Assembly: GCA_041742965.1 (NCBI GenBank)
Contig: JBGTNQ010000004.1
Location: 716 to 64,715 of the forward strand
Origin: Minisyncoccia bacterium
GTDB lineage: Bacteria; Patescibacteriota; Minisyncoccia; Phycocordibacterales; Zambryskibacteraceae
DNA: 64,000 nucleotides
Direction of reading: 5' to 3'
Shown here: positions 19,224-28,302 of the stretch, piece after piece
Layout: each line of letters begins with the position of its first letter
Position numbering within the stretch: position 1 is the stretch's first letter
Notes under the pieces: generated by a model
What the model was told of the DNA's origin: nothing
Databases searched by the model: none
What the model saw: the letters and a program-made list of their open reading frames with translations, nothing else
Translations under genes and position numbers: made by a program

Positions 19224-19226
19224 TGT

Positions 19227-19664
19227 TTAAGCTATAGACCCTCCAACAGCTTCAATTTTAGCGCGGGCGCTCTTAGATACTAAGCATAGTTCAAACGAGA
19301 GTTTTTCAGTAATATTTCCGTCTCCAAGAACTTTAACCTTGGGAATACGGCCACCCCTTATTTTAATAACACCTTTTTCAACCAAAGTCTTTGGTGATAC
19401 ATTTTCTCCTGCCTTAAAACTAGAAAGCATCGATAGATTAACAATAGAAATCTCGCCTTGAATACTTTTATTGCTATTAACACCGCGTCCTCTTAGCTTT
19501 GGTAAACGTTTTATAGTATCTCGTATCTCTGGTCTTTTCTTTCTTCCAGAACGAGCATTTTGACCCTTAGTACCCTTACCGGCGGTCTTACCACGAGTGC
19601 CACCACGACCCACTTGTCTGGAGGCCTTATTTTTGGTTTTTCTTTTTAATGTGTTTATTTGCAT
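19227..19664 (-). CDS. rplO: 50S ribosomal protein L15
   Basis: Gly/Arg-rich N-terminus RGGTRGKTAGKGTKGQNARSG. Operon position. Confidence 0.85.
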   Translation of the reverse strand: MQINTLKRKTKNKASRQVGRGGTRGKTAGKGTKGQNARSGRKKRPEIRDTIKRLPKLRGRGVNSNKSIQGEISIVNLSMLSSFKAGENVSPKTLVEKGVIKIRGGRIPKVKVLGDGNITEKLSFELCLVSKSARAKIEAVGGSIA

Positions 19665-19666
19665 AT

Positions 19667-20284
19667 TTATGAATTCTTTTTCTCTCTTAGAGATATATTG
19701 CTCAATGCCTTAATAGCAACCTTAGCATTATTTGCTCTATTTTTGGTCTTTGAAAGAATCTTTGCGTTTATGCCGTTTAAACCAGCGAGTTCTATCACTG
19801 TTCTCACGGAGCTACCTGCAAGTATTCCCCTTCCAGGTGCTGGCATAATTTTTACACGAGAACCCCCATATTTTGCAGAAACTTCGTGAGGGATAGACAT
19901 ATCTTTTGTAGTACGAACGGCAATCATATTCTTTTTCGCATCACGAAGAGCTTTATCTATAGCTATTGGAGTATCCCCTGCTTTTCCTTGTCCAACACCA
20001 ACCATCCCTTTTCGATTTCCAGCTACCAAAGTAACAGAAAAGCTAAAACGACGACCGCCCGAAGTAACACGAGTAACCCGCCTGATACTAACTGTCTTGT
20101 GGTCAAATTCCGGTCTGACTCTAGCGTCCTTTTTGTTCATGCGACGAGGATTCTTTCTGTGCTCCCTCATCTGTGGGGCACGTGGAGCTCTAGGTGCAGT
20201 TGCCGGGGCTTCGTCTTTAACAGGAGTCTCGGCAGGTGCCTCAACTGGAGTATCTTGTTTTTTTGTTGTTTCAGTAGTGTTCAT
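19667..20284 (-). CDS. rpsE: 30S ribosomal protein S5, with Pro/Ala/Thr-rich N-terminal extension
   Basis: VTRVTSGGRRFSFSVTLVAGNRKGMVGVGQGKA. Directly adjacent to rplO, so no rpmD. Confidence 0.9.
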   Translation of the reverse strand: MNTTETTKKQDTPVEAPAETPVKDEAPATAPRAPRAPQMREHRKNPRRMNKKDARVRPEFDHKTVSIRRVTRVTSGGRRFSFSVTLVAGNRKGMVGVGQGKAGDTPIAIDKALRDAKKNMIAVRTTKDMSIPHEVSAKYGGSRVKIMPAPGRGILAGSSVRTVIELAGLNGINAKILSKTKNRANNAKVAIKALSNISLREKKNS

Positions 20285-20290
20285 AAATAA

Positions 20291-20638
20291 TTAAAATACT
20301 AGACCTCCCTCTCTTGCTCCTTCTGCTAAATTTTTTACCTTACCTGTATAAATAAAACCCCCTCTATCAAAAACTATTTTCTTTATTGAAAGACCAGATG
20401 CTTTTTTTGCAATATCTAATCCGACTTCCTTTGCATTAAGAAGAGGAGTTCCCTTCATTCCGATTGACGAAGACGAAGCTACGGTCTTACCGGAAACATC
20501 ATCAATCAACTGTGCATAAACAGCGGTGTTTGACTTAAAAATGGCCAAACGAGGTTTTTCGGATGTCCCAGAAACCTTAGCGCGAATGCGTTTATGACGA
20601 CGATTTCTCTTTATTATTTTTAGATCAGAAGTTTTCAT
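20291..20638 (-). CDS. rplR: 50S ribosomal protein L18
   Basis: Sequence and operon position. Confidence 0.85.
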   Translation of the reverse strand: MKTSDLKIIKRNRRHKRIRAKVSGTSEKPRLAIFKSNTAVYAQLIDDVSGKTVASSSSIGMKGTPLLNAKEVGLDIAKKASGLSIKKIVFDRGGFIYTGKVKNLAEGAREGGLVF

Positions 20639-20640
20639 AT

Positions 20641-21174
20641 TTATACTGATTTCTTACCTTGCTTCATCTTTATAACCTCCCCTTCGTATCTAAGGCCTTT
20701 TCCTTTGTATGGTTCTGGCTTTTTAAGAGATCTGATGTAAGCTGCGAAACCCCCAACTTTCTCTTTGTTTATACCGGAGATAATTATTGCATTTTTCTCT
20801 GTTGAAACGCTTAACCCCTCTGGAATAAGTATCTCTACTGGATGAGAAAAGCCCAAAGCAAAAACAATAGTATTTCCTTTTACCTCCACTTTGTAGCCGA
20901 TTCCCTCCAAAATAAGTTTCTTTTCAAATAGTTTATTCACTCCAGATACCATATTTACTATGTGAGAGGTGTAAGTCCCCCAGAGAGCTTGAGATTCAAT
21001 ATCCTTATTCTTTGGAGTAACGGAAACAGAGCCCTCTTTAACTTCAATAGAAAAATCTTCACGAATATCTCGAGAAATTTCTCCTAAGGGACCCCTAACC
21101 AAAACGGTCTTACCAGAGACAGTGACTTCTGTTTTTGGTGGGAGTTCTATTCCTTTTTTACCAATGCGTGACAT
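20641..21174 (-). CDS. rplF: 50S ribosomal protein L6
   Basis: Sequence and operon position. Confidence 0.85.
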   Translation of the reverse strand: MSRIGKKGIELPPKTEVTVSGKTVLVRGPLGEISRDIREDFSIEVKEGSVSVTPKNKDIESQALWGTYTSHIVNMVSGVNKLFEKKLILEGIGYKVEVKGNTIVFALGFSHPVEILIPEGLSVSTEKNAIIISGINKEKVGGFAAYIRSLKKPEPYKGKGLRYEGEVIKMKQGKKSV

Positions 21175-21216
21175 ATTAAAAGTTTAAATTTTATATCTCA
21201 AATTCTATTTTTTAAA

Positions 21217-21606
21217 CTACCAAACTTCAAACAAGACTTCTCCACCCACTTTTTCTTTCCTAGCAACCTTGCCAGAAAGTATACCCTTTGGAGTAGATAC
21301 TACTGATATACCGAAACCGTTCTTGACCGGCCTTAGTTCACCTGACTTTTTATACACCCTTCGAGAAGGTTTTGACACCCTTCTTACTCCAGTCACCTTT
21401 GATTCATTGCCCTCATAGATAAGGCCCAGTTCAAGAAACTTGGCTATCTTTTTTCCTTTCTTTGATACAGAAGATATATAACCTTCTTTCTCAAGTACAG
21501 ACGCAATCTCGAATTTTAATTTAGAAAAAGGAACAAGGACCGACTCTTTTCGTGAGATGGTCGCGTTCTTAATTCTGATTATCATGTCTGCTATTGGATC
21601 TGTCAT
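21217..21606 (-). CDS. rpsH: 30S ribosomal protein S8
   Basis: MTDPIADMIIRIKNA. Confidence 0.9.
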   Translation of the reverse strand: MTDPIADMIIRIKNATISRKESVLVPFSKLKFEIASVLEKEGYISSVSKKGKKIAKFLELGLIYEGNESKVTGVRRVSKPSRRVYKKSGELRPVKNGFGISVVSTPKGILSGKVARKEKVGGEVLFEVW

Positions 21607-21611
21607 ATTTG

Positions 21612-21797
21612 TTACCAGCTTGATTTCTTAATTCCAGGAACTTTGCCTTCGTTAGCTGCCTCTCTGAAGCAGATTCGGCAAAGGTCAAAATCTCTCATAT
21701 ACCCACGCTTACGACCACATCTAAAGCAACGATTTACAACCCGAGTAGAAAACTTGGGGGTTTTTAGTGATCTTGCTATTACTGATTTCTTTGCCAT
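21612..21797 (-). CDS. rpsZ: 30S ribosomal protein S14, type Z (zinc-binding)
   Basis: 61 aa. CxxC...CxxC as [24 protein letters not shown]. Confidence 0.9.
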   Translation of the reverse strand: MAKKSVIARSLKTPKFSTRVVNRCFRCGRKRGYMRDFDLCRICFREAANEGKVPGIKKSSW

Positions 21798-21897
21798 GTA
21801 TAAATAAAATGAAAAAGCTTCATGGAAGCCGTTGGCTTACCATCCTATCACAGGAACCTGTCTTGTCAATAAAAAGCCTTAGTTTTAGGCTCAACTT

Positions 21898-22443
21898 CTA
21901 TTTTTTGTCCTCTTTTTTGAAGGGAAAACCTAGGTAGTCAAAGAAAGCCCTAGCTTCAGCCTTAGATTTGGCTGTAGTTACAACGGTGACAGCCAAACCA
22001 AAGACATCCTTAAGCTCTTCATCAGTAGTCTCTGGGAAAATTGTATGTTCCTTAATACCTAGAGTATAGTTACCCATTTCATCAATAGCATTTGTTGAAA
22101 TTCCCCTAAAATCCTTGGTTCTTGGAAGAGCCACATTTATGAGCTTGTCTAGGAAATCATACATTCGATTCCCCCTCAGGGTTACCTGAATCCCTACTGG
22201 GTCACCTTGACGAACTTTAAAAGCGGCGATAGACAACTTAGCTCCCTTTTCGGCAGGTTTCTGACCTGTAATCTTGGCAATTCGGTCTAATGCCAATTCA
22301 CCCTTTTTCTTATCCTTGAAAGAGCCGGTGCCAGCATTTATTACCACCTTGGTTATACGAGGTGTCTCATTGGTATTTTTATAGCCCTGAGATTCTTTCA
22401 GCTCCTTATAGGCGTTCTTTATTTTTTCTTTTAAAGGTTTCAT
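21898..22443 (-). CDS. rplE: 50S ribosomal protein L5
   Basis: Start moved to MKPLKEK (cat at 22441-22443), abutting the rplX stop. L5 core motifs present. Confidence 0.85.
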   Translation of the reverse strand: MKPLKEKIKNAYKELKESQGYKNTNETPRITKVVINAGTGSFKDKKKGELALDRIAKITGQKPAEKGAKLSIAAFKVRQGDPVGIQVTLRGNRMYDFLDKLINVALPRTKDFRGISTNAIDEMGNYTLGIKEHTIFPETTDEELKDVFGLAVTVVTTAKSKAEARAFFDYLGFPFKKEDKK

Positions 22444-22444
22444 A

Positions 22445-22753
22445 TTATGAAATAGATGAGCCACTCTTTTTTGCAATACGCACTTTTTCCTTCCCGACTC
22501 CTTTGTATCCAATCCTTGTTCTCTTAGAGGTCTTCGGGTCTACAACCATAACATTAGAAACATCGAAAGGAAAAGCTTGTTCCACCACCTCTCCCTTCTT
22601 TCTGTTCTTGCTCGCCTTCTTGTGAATTTTGCGAACATTAACACCTGTGATTATCACCTTGTTCTCTCTAGGAAGTGCTCGAAGAACCTTTCCAGTCTTC
22701 CCTCGATCCTTACCCGCTATCACTATTACATTGTCATTTTTCTTTATCTTCAT
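22445..22753 (-). CDS. rplX: 50S ribosomal protein L24
   Basis: MKIKKNDNVIVIAGKDRGKTGKV, KOW motif. Confidence 0.85.
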   Translation of the reverse strand: MKIKKNDNVIVIAGKDRGKTGKVLRALPRENKVIITGVNVRKIHKKASKNRKKGEVVEQAFPFDVSNVMVVDPKTSKRTRIGYKGVGKEKVRIAKKSGSSIS

Positions 22754-22757
22754 ATTT

Positions 22758-23129
22758 TTATACCACCTCTGGTGCAAGAGAAATAATCTGCTGAAAACCC
22801 TTTTCCGCGAGTTCTCTAGGAATGGGGCCGAATACGCGTCCAGCTATGGGCTCGTGCTTTGTCTTGTCTACTATGACCACGGCGTTCTCATCAAAACGAA
22901 TGTATGACCCATCAGCTCGACGAAAAGCCTTTTTCTGCCTAGCCACTACTCCATAAAGAACATCTTTCTTTTTTATAGATTTTCTAGGTTCGGCTTTTTG
23001 AACGGAGAGAACTACAATATCGCCTAGTTGTGCATATCGTTTTTTGGAGCCACCAAGAACCTTGAAAATGCGTCCGATTTTTGCTCCGGAATTGTCAGCT
23101 ATTTTTACTATTGATCTTGGTTGTATCAT
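22758..23129 (-). CDS. rplN: 50S ribosomal protein L14
   Basis: MIQPRSIVKIADNSGAK. Confidence 0.92.
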   Translation of the reverse strand: MIQPRSIVKIADNSGAKIGRIFKVLGGSKKRYAQLGDIVVLSVQKAEPRKSIKKKDVLYGVVARQKKAFRRADGSYIRFDENAVVIVDKTKHEPIAGRVFGPIPRELAEKGFQQIISLAPEVV

Positions 23130-23149
23130 GGTGGCTTTTTAAATTGAAA

Positions 23150-23401
23150 CTATACAATCCTAAACCTCTTCATTTTTGAAATAGGTTTGGTTTCTTTTAT
23201 TTCTACAGTATCCCCAATTTGTTTTGTATTACCTTGGTCGTGAGCTTGATACCTCTTTCGTGATTTAACAAACTTTTTATATCTAGGGTGCATAACAAAT
23301 CTCTCTACAGAAACCACAACTGTGTCTTTCATCTTATTAGAAACCACTGTTCCCTTAAGGATTTTTGGCTGTGTCACCTTTTTTTGAGTATCAGTTGTCA
23401 T
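23150..23401 (-). CDS. rpsQ: 30S ribosomal protein S17
   Basis: Sequence and position. Confidence 0.85.
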   Translation of the reverse strand: MTTDTQKKVTQPKILKGTVVSNKMKDTVVVSVERFVMHPRYKKFVKSRKRYQAHDQGNTKQIGDTVEIKETKPISKMKRFRIV

Positions 23402-23408
23402 ATATTAA

Positions 23409-23600
23409 TTATATTTGTGTGTTTTTTCTTTCAGAGAAAACCGTTTTGATTCTGGCAATATCTTTTCGCAACGCACGACCTTCTCTAACATTTCTAGTCT
23501 TTGAGCCAGAAATACCAAAACGAAAATCCTTCAAAGCGCCCTCTTTTTCGGTAAGAAGCTTTGAAAGGTCTTCGTTCTTTTTTTCACGGATATCTTTCAT
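23409..23600 (-). CDS. rpmC: 50S ribosomal protein L29
   Basis: 63 aa, position between rplP and rpsQ. Confidence 0.8.
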   Translation of the reverse strand: MKDIREKKNEDLSKLLTEKEGALKDFRFGISGSKTRNVREGRALRKDIARIKTVFSERKNTQI

Positions 23601-23602
23601 AT

Positions 23603-24022
23603 TTATATACGAGCTACAACTTTAGTCTTTACTGGAAGTTTGGTTCCGGCTTTTCGAAGGGCTTCCCTTGCCACAACCTCATCTACACCATCAACCTCAA
23701 ACAAAACTCTCCCTGGTAAAACTGGTGCGCAATAACCCTGTGGGTCACCTTTACCCTTTCCAAGCTTTACTTCGGCTGGTTTTGCAGTATACGGCATATC
23801 AGGAAAAATGCGAATCCATATTTTCCCTGTTTTACCTAGGGTCCTTGATATAACTTTTCTGGCTGCCTCAATCTGATTTGAACGAATACGAGCTGAGGTT
23901 GTAGCTTTGAGTCCAAATGAGCCGAAAGATACAGCTACGCCACGAGTAGCCCGACCAATCTTCGTCGGGTTCTTTCGCATTGTATGCCACTTTCTGTATT
24001 TTACTTTTTTTGGAACTAACAT
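23603..24022 (-). CDS. rplP: 50S ribosomal protein L16
   Basis: [13 protein letters not shown]. Confidence 0.9.
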   Translation of the reverse strand: MLVPKKVKYRKWHTMRKNPTKIGRATRGVAVSFGSFGLKATTSARIRSNQIEAARKVISRTLGKTGKIWIRIFPDMPYTAKPAEVKLGKGKGDPQGYCAPVLPGRVLFEVDGVDEVVAREALRKAGTKLPVKTKVVARI

Positions 24023-24028
24023 GGTGTT

Positions 24029-24709
24029 TTATGTTCTATTCTGATTATCAACTTTGTCGAATATTTCTCCACGATAAATCCAGGTCTTTATACCTAGGTT
24101 TCCATACGGAAGCTTGGCTTCATAATGAGCATAATCTACATCAGCACGAAATGTCTGAAGAGGGATCTGTCCAAGTTTCTTGCTCTCACTTCGAGCAATA
24201 GACGCTCCTGCAAGTCGACCTCCGATAGTTATCTTGACCCCCTTAACATCTCTGTTTGCCATAACCTTCTCCACCATTTGCTTCAAGACACGGCGATACG
24301 GAAGCCGCTTCTCTAAACCTTCTGCAATCATCTGAGAGACGATGGCCGCATTTGATTCCGGAGATTTGATTTCTCTAATATCTAGTTTTACTTCTGCCTT
24401 TCCGTCATACACACCTCTCTTTCTCATCGCCTTTGTTACTTCGTCTTTAAGTTTAACTGCGCCTTCACCGTTTCTGCCGATAATGAGACCAGGACGAGAC
24501 GTTTCAACAATAATACGAAGTGTCTTTTCATCTCTTTCTATTTCAGTGGAACTTACATACATCCCTCGAAGCTTCTTTTCTAGAAAGTTACGGATAACTA
24601 AGTCACCACGAAGATATTCTTTGTATTTATCTTTAGCGCCAAACCATCGAGACTTCCAGTCTCTAATGATGCCTAATCTGTGTGAATATGGGTGTACTGT
24701 ATGTGACAT
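24029..24709 (-). CDS. rpsC: 30S ribosomal protein S3
   Basis: KH domain block. Position. Confidence 0.9.
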   Translation of the reverse strand: MSHTVHPYSHRLGIIRDWKSRWFGAKDKYKEYLRGDLVIRNFLEKKLRGMYVSSTEIERDEKTLRIIVETSRPGLIIGRNGEGAVKLKDEVTKAMRKRGVYDGKAEVKLDIREIKSPESNAAIVSQMIAEGLEKRLPYRRVLKQMVEKVMANRDVKGVKITIGGRLAGASIARSESKKLGQIPLQTFRADVDYAHYEAKLPYGNLGIKTWIYRGEIFDKVDNQNRT

Positions 24710-24724
24710 ATTAAATATTAAAAA

Positions 24725-25141
24725 TTAAACTTCTGCTTTTTTATCCTCCACCTTTTTTTCCTTTATCTCTTTTTTTACTTTTGAGTTTTTGGATTTAATT
24801 TTGCTCTTATCTTGTTCTTCCAAAACAACAGAAATATGACTTGTCCTCTTTCGAATAGGGTGTGCACGTCCTCGAGAAGCTGGCTGTCGGCGATACAAAA
24901 TCTTCCCGCCATCCACTCGAATTTCTTTTATAACTAAAGAGTCTGTATCAATAGATAAGTTTTTAGCATTTGCGAGAGCAGAACGAATGAGCTTAGCTAA
25001 CGGGTCGGCTGAGCGCTTAGCGAGAAAAGGAAGAGTGTCTAAAACGTCATTCACTTTCTTACCTCGCAAAGAGTTCGCCACTAATCGTACCTTGCGCGGA
25101 GACTGTCGATAATCATTTAGTTGTGCTGTGACTTTAGACAT
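24725..25141 (-). CDS. rplV: 50S ribosomal protein L22, with Lys-rich C-terminal extension
   Basis: Sequence and position. Confidence 0.85.
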   Translation of the reverse strand: MSKVTAQLNDYRQSPRKVRLVANSLRGKKVNDVLDTLPFLAKRSADPLAKLIRSALANAKNLSIDTDSLVIKEIRVDGGKILYRRQPASRGRAHPIRKRTSHISVVLEEQDKSKIKSKNSKVKKEIKEKKVEDKKAEV

Positions 25142-25146
25142 AAATA

Positions 25147-25488
25147 TTATTTAGCCCCCACTGTAGAAGCCTTGGCTGATTGAGCTGCTGCAATTTCTGC
25201 TTCTTTTTTCTTTTGCTCGAGCTCTTTCTGCATCTTTCCTCCGTGACGAACAAACTTTCTAGTTGGAGAAAATTCACCAAGTCTATGCCCTACCATGTCT
25301 TCAGTTACAAAAACTTCGACATGTTCTTTTCCATTGTGAACACCAAAGGTGAAACCCACCATTTCTGGAGCAATCTGACTGGCTCTAGCCCAAGTTTTGA
25401 TTATTCCTGTTTCATTGGGCTTTTTCCCCTCAATTTTTTTGAGAAGTCTTTCGTATACATATGGACCTTTTTTGCTTGAACGTGTCAT
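25147..25488 (-). CDS. rpsS: 30S ribosomal protein S19, with Ala/Lys-rich C-terminal tail
   Basis: Start moved to [11 protein letters not shown] (cat at 25486-25488). The tracked N-terminal 21 aa overlaps the promoter. Confidence 0.88.
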   Translation of the reverse strand: MTRSSKKGPYVYERLLKKIEGKKPNETGIIKTWARASQIAPEMVGFTFGVHNGKEHVEVFVTEDMVGHRLGEFSPTRKFVRHGGKMQKELEQKKKEAEIAAAQSAKASTVGAK

Positions 25489-25522
25489 AGAGAATAGAAA
25501 AAGCTCGGACGAGCTCCAGAAG

Positions 25523-25551
25523 ATACTATACAAAATGGGCCTAAGTGTCAA
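25523..25551 (-). promoter_or_regulatory. Sigma70-like promoter driving rpsS. -35 TTGACA, 17-nt spacer, -10 TAGTAT.
   Basis: Plus-strand tgtcaa at 25546-25551 and atacta at 25523-25528. About 30 nt upstream of the rpsS ATG. Confidence 0.55.
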
Positions 25552-25662
25552 ACCCTGTAGTGAATTTTGGTCTCACAGCAAAGCTGTGGTACAGAGCACA
25601 AGACCAAAATCTACTACTGGGTCAAATCCTTAGCTAGCTTAAAGGCTTATAGGGAGATCCTA

Positions 25663-25704
25663 CAAAAACAGCGCCCCGCTATGGCCGAAGGCCACCGCGG
25701 GGCT
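25663..25704 (-). terminator. Rho-independent terminator (minus strand) at the end of the cassette C ORF
   Basis: gccccgc-ggtggccttcggccat-agcggggc then TTTTT on the minus strand. Confidence 0.55.
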
Positions 25705-25990
25705 TGCTAGCAGTGAATGGATATAGCGTATCGGGCGGATTAAATGGTATGTTCCACTTCACCAGAAACGGGTGCCCCTCCCGAACAAAGCCCTCGCTCA
25801 CAAAGTTGGCCCAATCCAACTCATGGGCCACCAACTCACTAGTCCCGACCTCGTTATCATCCAAAAACATAAAAAAGAAACCGGACTCATGAAGCCAAAA
25901 CTCAACTTCTCGTACTCCATCTTGAGACTTATGACGCCACTTGCCATCACTGTAGAGAATAGGGCCTCGCTCTGCGGGTTTACGCCACAT
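25679..25990 (-). CDS. Hypothetical protein, GC-rich cassette C inserted between rplB and rpsS
   Basis: 103 aa (MWRKPAERGPILYSDGKWRHK...). SD GGGGGG 5 nt before ATG. GC about 50%. No family recognised. The C-terminus runs into the terminator stem, so the exact 3' end is uncertain. Confidence 0.4.
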   Translation of the reverse strand: MWRKPAERGPILYSDGKWRHKSQDGVREVEFWLHESGFFFMFLDDNEVGTSELVAHELDWANFVSEGFVREGHPFLVKWNIPFNPPDTLYPFTASKPRGGLRP

Positions 25991-26131
25991 CGTCACCCCC
26001 CAATAGACGCATTAGAACTTTCTGTATTTGAAATACCACTAAATGAAAATTTTTACAAGTACAAACACAAACCCCGCGCCAGTATTGACGCGGAAAATTT
26101 CTACTTTACTTAACAAAAGAACAGACCTATC

Positions 26132-26160
26132 AAAAAACGGCCTTATCGGGCCATTTTTTG
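26132..26160. terminator. Weak bidirectional terminator-like hairpin
   Basis: AAAAAA-cggcc-ttatc-gggcc-ATTTTTT. Confidence 0.35.
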
Positions 26161-26186
26161 TGTTGTATTTTGCATTTCCAACATCG

Positions 26187-26276
26187 GAAAACCCCTCTGG
26201 AAAACATTGCGCAGGCGGGTAGCCGAGCATAGCAATTCGCAAGCTTGCGAATATGCGTGTTTTCCAGAGGGGTTTT
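26187..26276. repeat. Perfect 19-bp inverted repeat enclosing a 52-nt loop that contains a 16-nt palindrome (ttcgcaagcttgcgaa)
   Basis: aaaacccctctggaaaaca ... tgttttccagaggggtttt. Immediately 3' of the rplB stop. Confidence 0.6.
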
Positions 26277-26331
26277 TATTTAATTTGTATTTATAAACTA
26301 TAAGCTTACAGCTAAAAGCTCTAAGCTACCC

Positions 26332-27171
26332 TTATTTCTTCCCAACCTTCCTCCTACGAACAATGAAAACATTTGAATATTTCTTTGGTCGGCGAGATTT
26401 CTGTCCCTTTCCAGTAGGTCTTCCAGTAGCTGTCTTCTGTCTTCGGCTTCCGCGACCAGAACGCCCCTCTCCTCCTCCGTGTGGGTGGTCAACAGGGTTC
26501 ATGGCAGTACCTCGAACAGTAGGACGAATCCCAAGCCATCTACTTCTTCCAGCTTTACCGAGGTTTACTAGACGATTTTCATCATTTGAAACTTCACCAA
26601 TAGTTGCCCAAGAATTTTCACTTACCTTGCGAACTTCAGAAGAAGGCATCTTAAGATCCACTGCTCCAGCATCCTTTGCTACCACTTCAATGAAGCTCCC
26701 AGCTGAACGGCCGAGCTTAGCACCACCTTTTGGTTTTACTTCAACATTGTATACAAAAGTACCAACAGTTATTTCTTTCAAAGGAAGGCGGTTTCCAGGA
26801 ATTTGTGGGGCAGACTCTGAAACAATGAGTGTGTCACCCACCTTTACACCTTTTGGAAGAAGAACATATCTCTTTTCACCATCTCTGTAAACAGCGAGAC
26901 CTATGAACCCTGTGCGATTTGGATCATACTCAACGGTTTTTATAGTATAAGGAATATCGAACTTGTTATATACAAAATCAACATCTCTAAAAAGCCTTTT
27001 GTGACCTCCGCCCTTGTGTCTTGTAGTAATACGACCATGGTGGTTCCTGCCCATCTTTCTCTTGAAGCCTGAGGTCAATGACTTTTCAGGTTTTTGAGTA
27101 GTCACAATATCTCGATAGTGAATCGAGGTCATGTTGCGTCTTGAGGCTGTTGTTGGTTTAAACTTTTTCAT
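26332..27171 (-). CDS. rplB: 50S ribosomal protein L2
   Basis: GRNHHGRITTRHKGGGHKR ... C-terminal Gly/Arg-rich region. Confidence 0.92.
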   Translation of the reverse strand: MKKFKPTTASRRNMTSIHYRDIVTTQKPEKSLTSGFKRKMGRNHHGRITTRHKGGGHKRLFRDVDFVYNKFDIPYTIKTVEYDPNRTGFIGLAVYRDGEKRYVLLPKGVKVGDTLIVSESAPQIPGNRLPLKEITVGTFVYNVEVKPKGGAKLGRSAGSFIEVVAKDAGAVDLKMPSSEVRKVSENSWATIGEVSNDENRLVNLGKAGRSRWLGIRPTVRGTAMNPVDHPHGGGEGRSGRGSRRQKTATGRPTGKGQKSRRPKKYSNVFIVRRRKVGKK

Positions 27172-27178
27172 ATTTTTG

Positions 27179-27520
27179 TTATACCATCTCGATCTTATCT
27201 CCTTTCTTCAGATATACATAGGCCTTCTTTCCTCCCCCACTCCTACCATATTTTCCACGCACATAAACACTCTTTGTGGGAATTGGTGTTACAGAAATCT
27301 TAAGGGGACTAACTTTATAAAAATGTTTTATAGCTCTCTTTATATCTTTCTTTGTGGCATTTCGAGCCACTTCAAAAACATATGCTTCATCGGCCATGGC
27401 CTTAGCAGAAGCTTTCTCTGTAATCCTGGGTCGAAGGATTATATTTGATAAAGAAGCAGGTACAACTACGTCTGGTAGTACTTTTTCTTTATCTTCTGTT
27501 TTTTTCTTTATAAGGGCCAT
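27179..27520 (-). CDS. rplW: 50S ribosomal protein L23
   Basis: Sequence and position. Confidence 0.85.
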   Translation of the reverse strand: MALIKKKTEDKEKVLPDVVVPASLSNIILRPRITEKASAKAMADEAYVFEVARNATKKDIKRAIKHFYKVSPLKISVTPIPTKSVYVRGKYGRSGGGKKAYVYLKKGDKIEMV

Positions 27521-27526
27521 GGTTTT

Positions 27527-28294
27527 TTATTTTGAAGTAGCTTTTGCCTTCTTCGGTGAAGCTTTTTTTGTTACCTTTGATACTTTTTTAGAAACTTTCT
27601 CCTTTGAGACAGTTTTATTCTCAGCGGGAACATTCTTTTCTTTTAAACCAAAAATCTTCAAAGATTCTTCCGGATTTACAAAAGCAACGGTCTTATACTG
27701 AAGAAGAACCAAAGGATTTATATTCCTGGCCTCTTGTGCTGATACATTTCCTATATTCGACATACCTCTTATTACAGATTTGTCATGAGTAGGAAGAGCT
27801 AGGTAGAGAGCATTCTTCTTCTTTTTTTCTATTGAAGGAAAACCTGAGACTTTTGCCAAATTTTTAAGAACAAGCACCGCTTCTTTGGTCTTGCCATCTT
27901 TGAGGTTTACGCTATCAATAAAAAAGATTTCATTGTCTCGAAACTTTTGTGACAAAACAGTAAAGAGAGCCTTTGCCTTCATTTTTTTGTTTATCTTTCT
28001 AGAAAAATCCCTATCGTTTCTAGGTCCATGAGCTACTCCACCACCAACCCATATTGGAGAACGAGTTGAACCATGACGCGCCCTACCAGTACCCTTTTGT
28101 TTCCAAGGTTTTTTACCTCCACCACGAACCTCAGCACGAGTTTTCGCATGAGCAATAGGATTACGAGCATTACCCGCCATAGAGACGGCTACCTGATGAA
28201 CCAAGTCAGCATTCCAAGGAAGACCAAAAATATTCTCCGGAAGAGTGAAACTTCCTGCTTCTTTTCCTTCTTGATTGTAGATTTTTGCTTCCAT
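27527..28294 (-). CDS. rplD: 50S ribosomal protein L4, with Lys-rich C-terminal extension
   Basis: Sequence and position. Confidence 0.88.
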   Translation of the reverse strand: MEAKIYNQEGKEAGSFTLPENIFGLPWNADLVHQVAVSMAGNARNPIAHAKTRAEVRGGGKKPWKQKGTGRARHGSTRSPIWVGGGVAHGPRNDRDFSRKINKKMKAKALFTVLSQKFRDNEIFFIDSVNLKDGKTKEAVLVLKNLAKVSGFPSIEKKKKNALYLALPTHDKSVIRGMSNIGNVSAQEARNINPLVLLQYKTVAFVNPEESLKIFGLKEKNVPAENKTVSKEKVSKKVSKVTKKASPKKAKATSK

Positions 28295-28302
28295 AAAAAT
28301 AA

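Noticed and set aside
25772-26113. Plus-strand 113-aa ORF inside the rplB-rpsS insert
   Set aside because: Low-complexity composition and no SD. It overlaps the better-supported minus-strand ORF and crosses the terminator hairpins.
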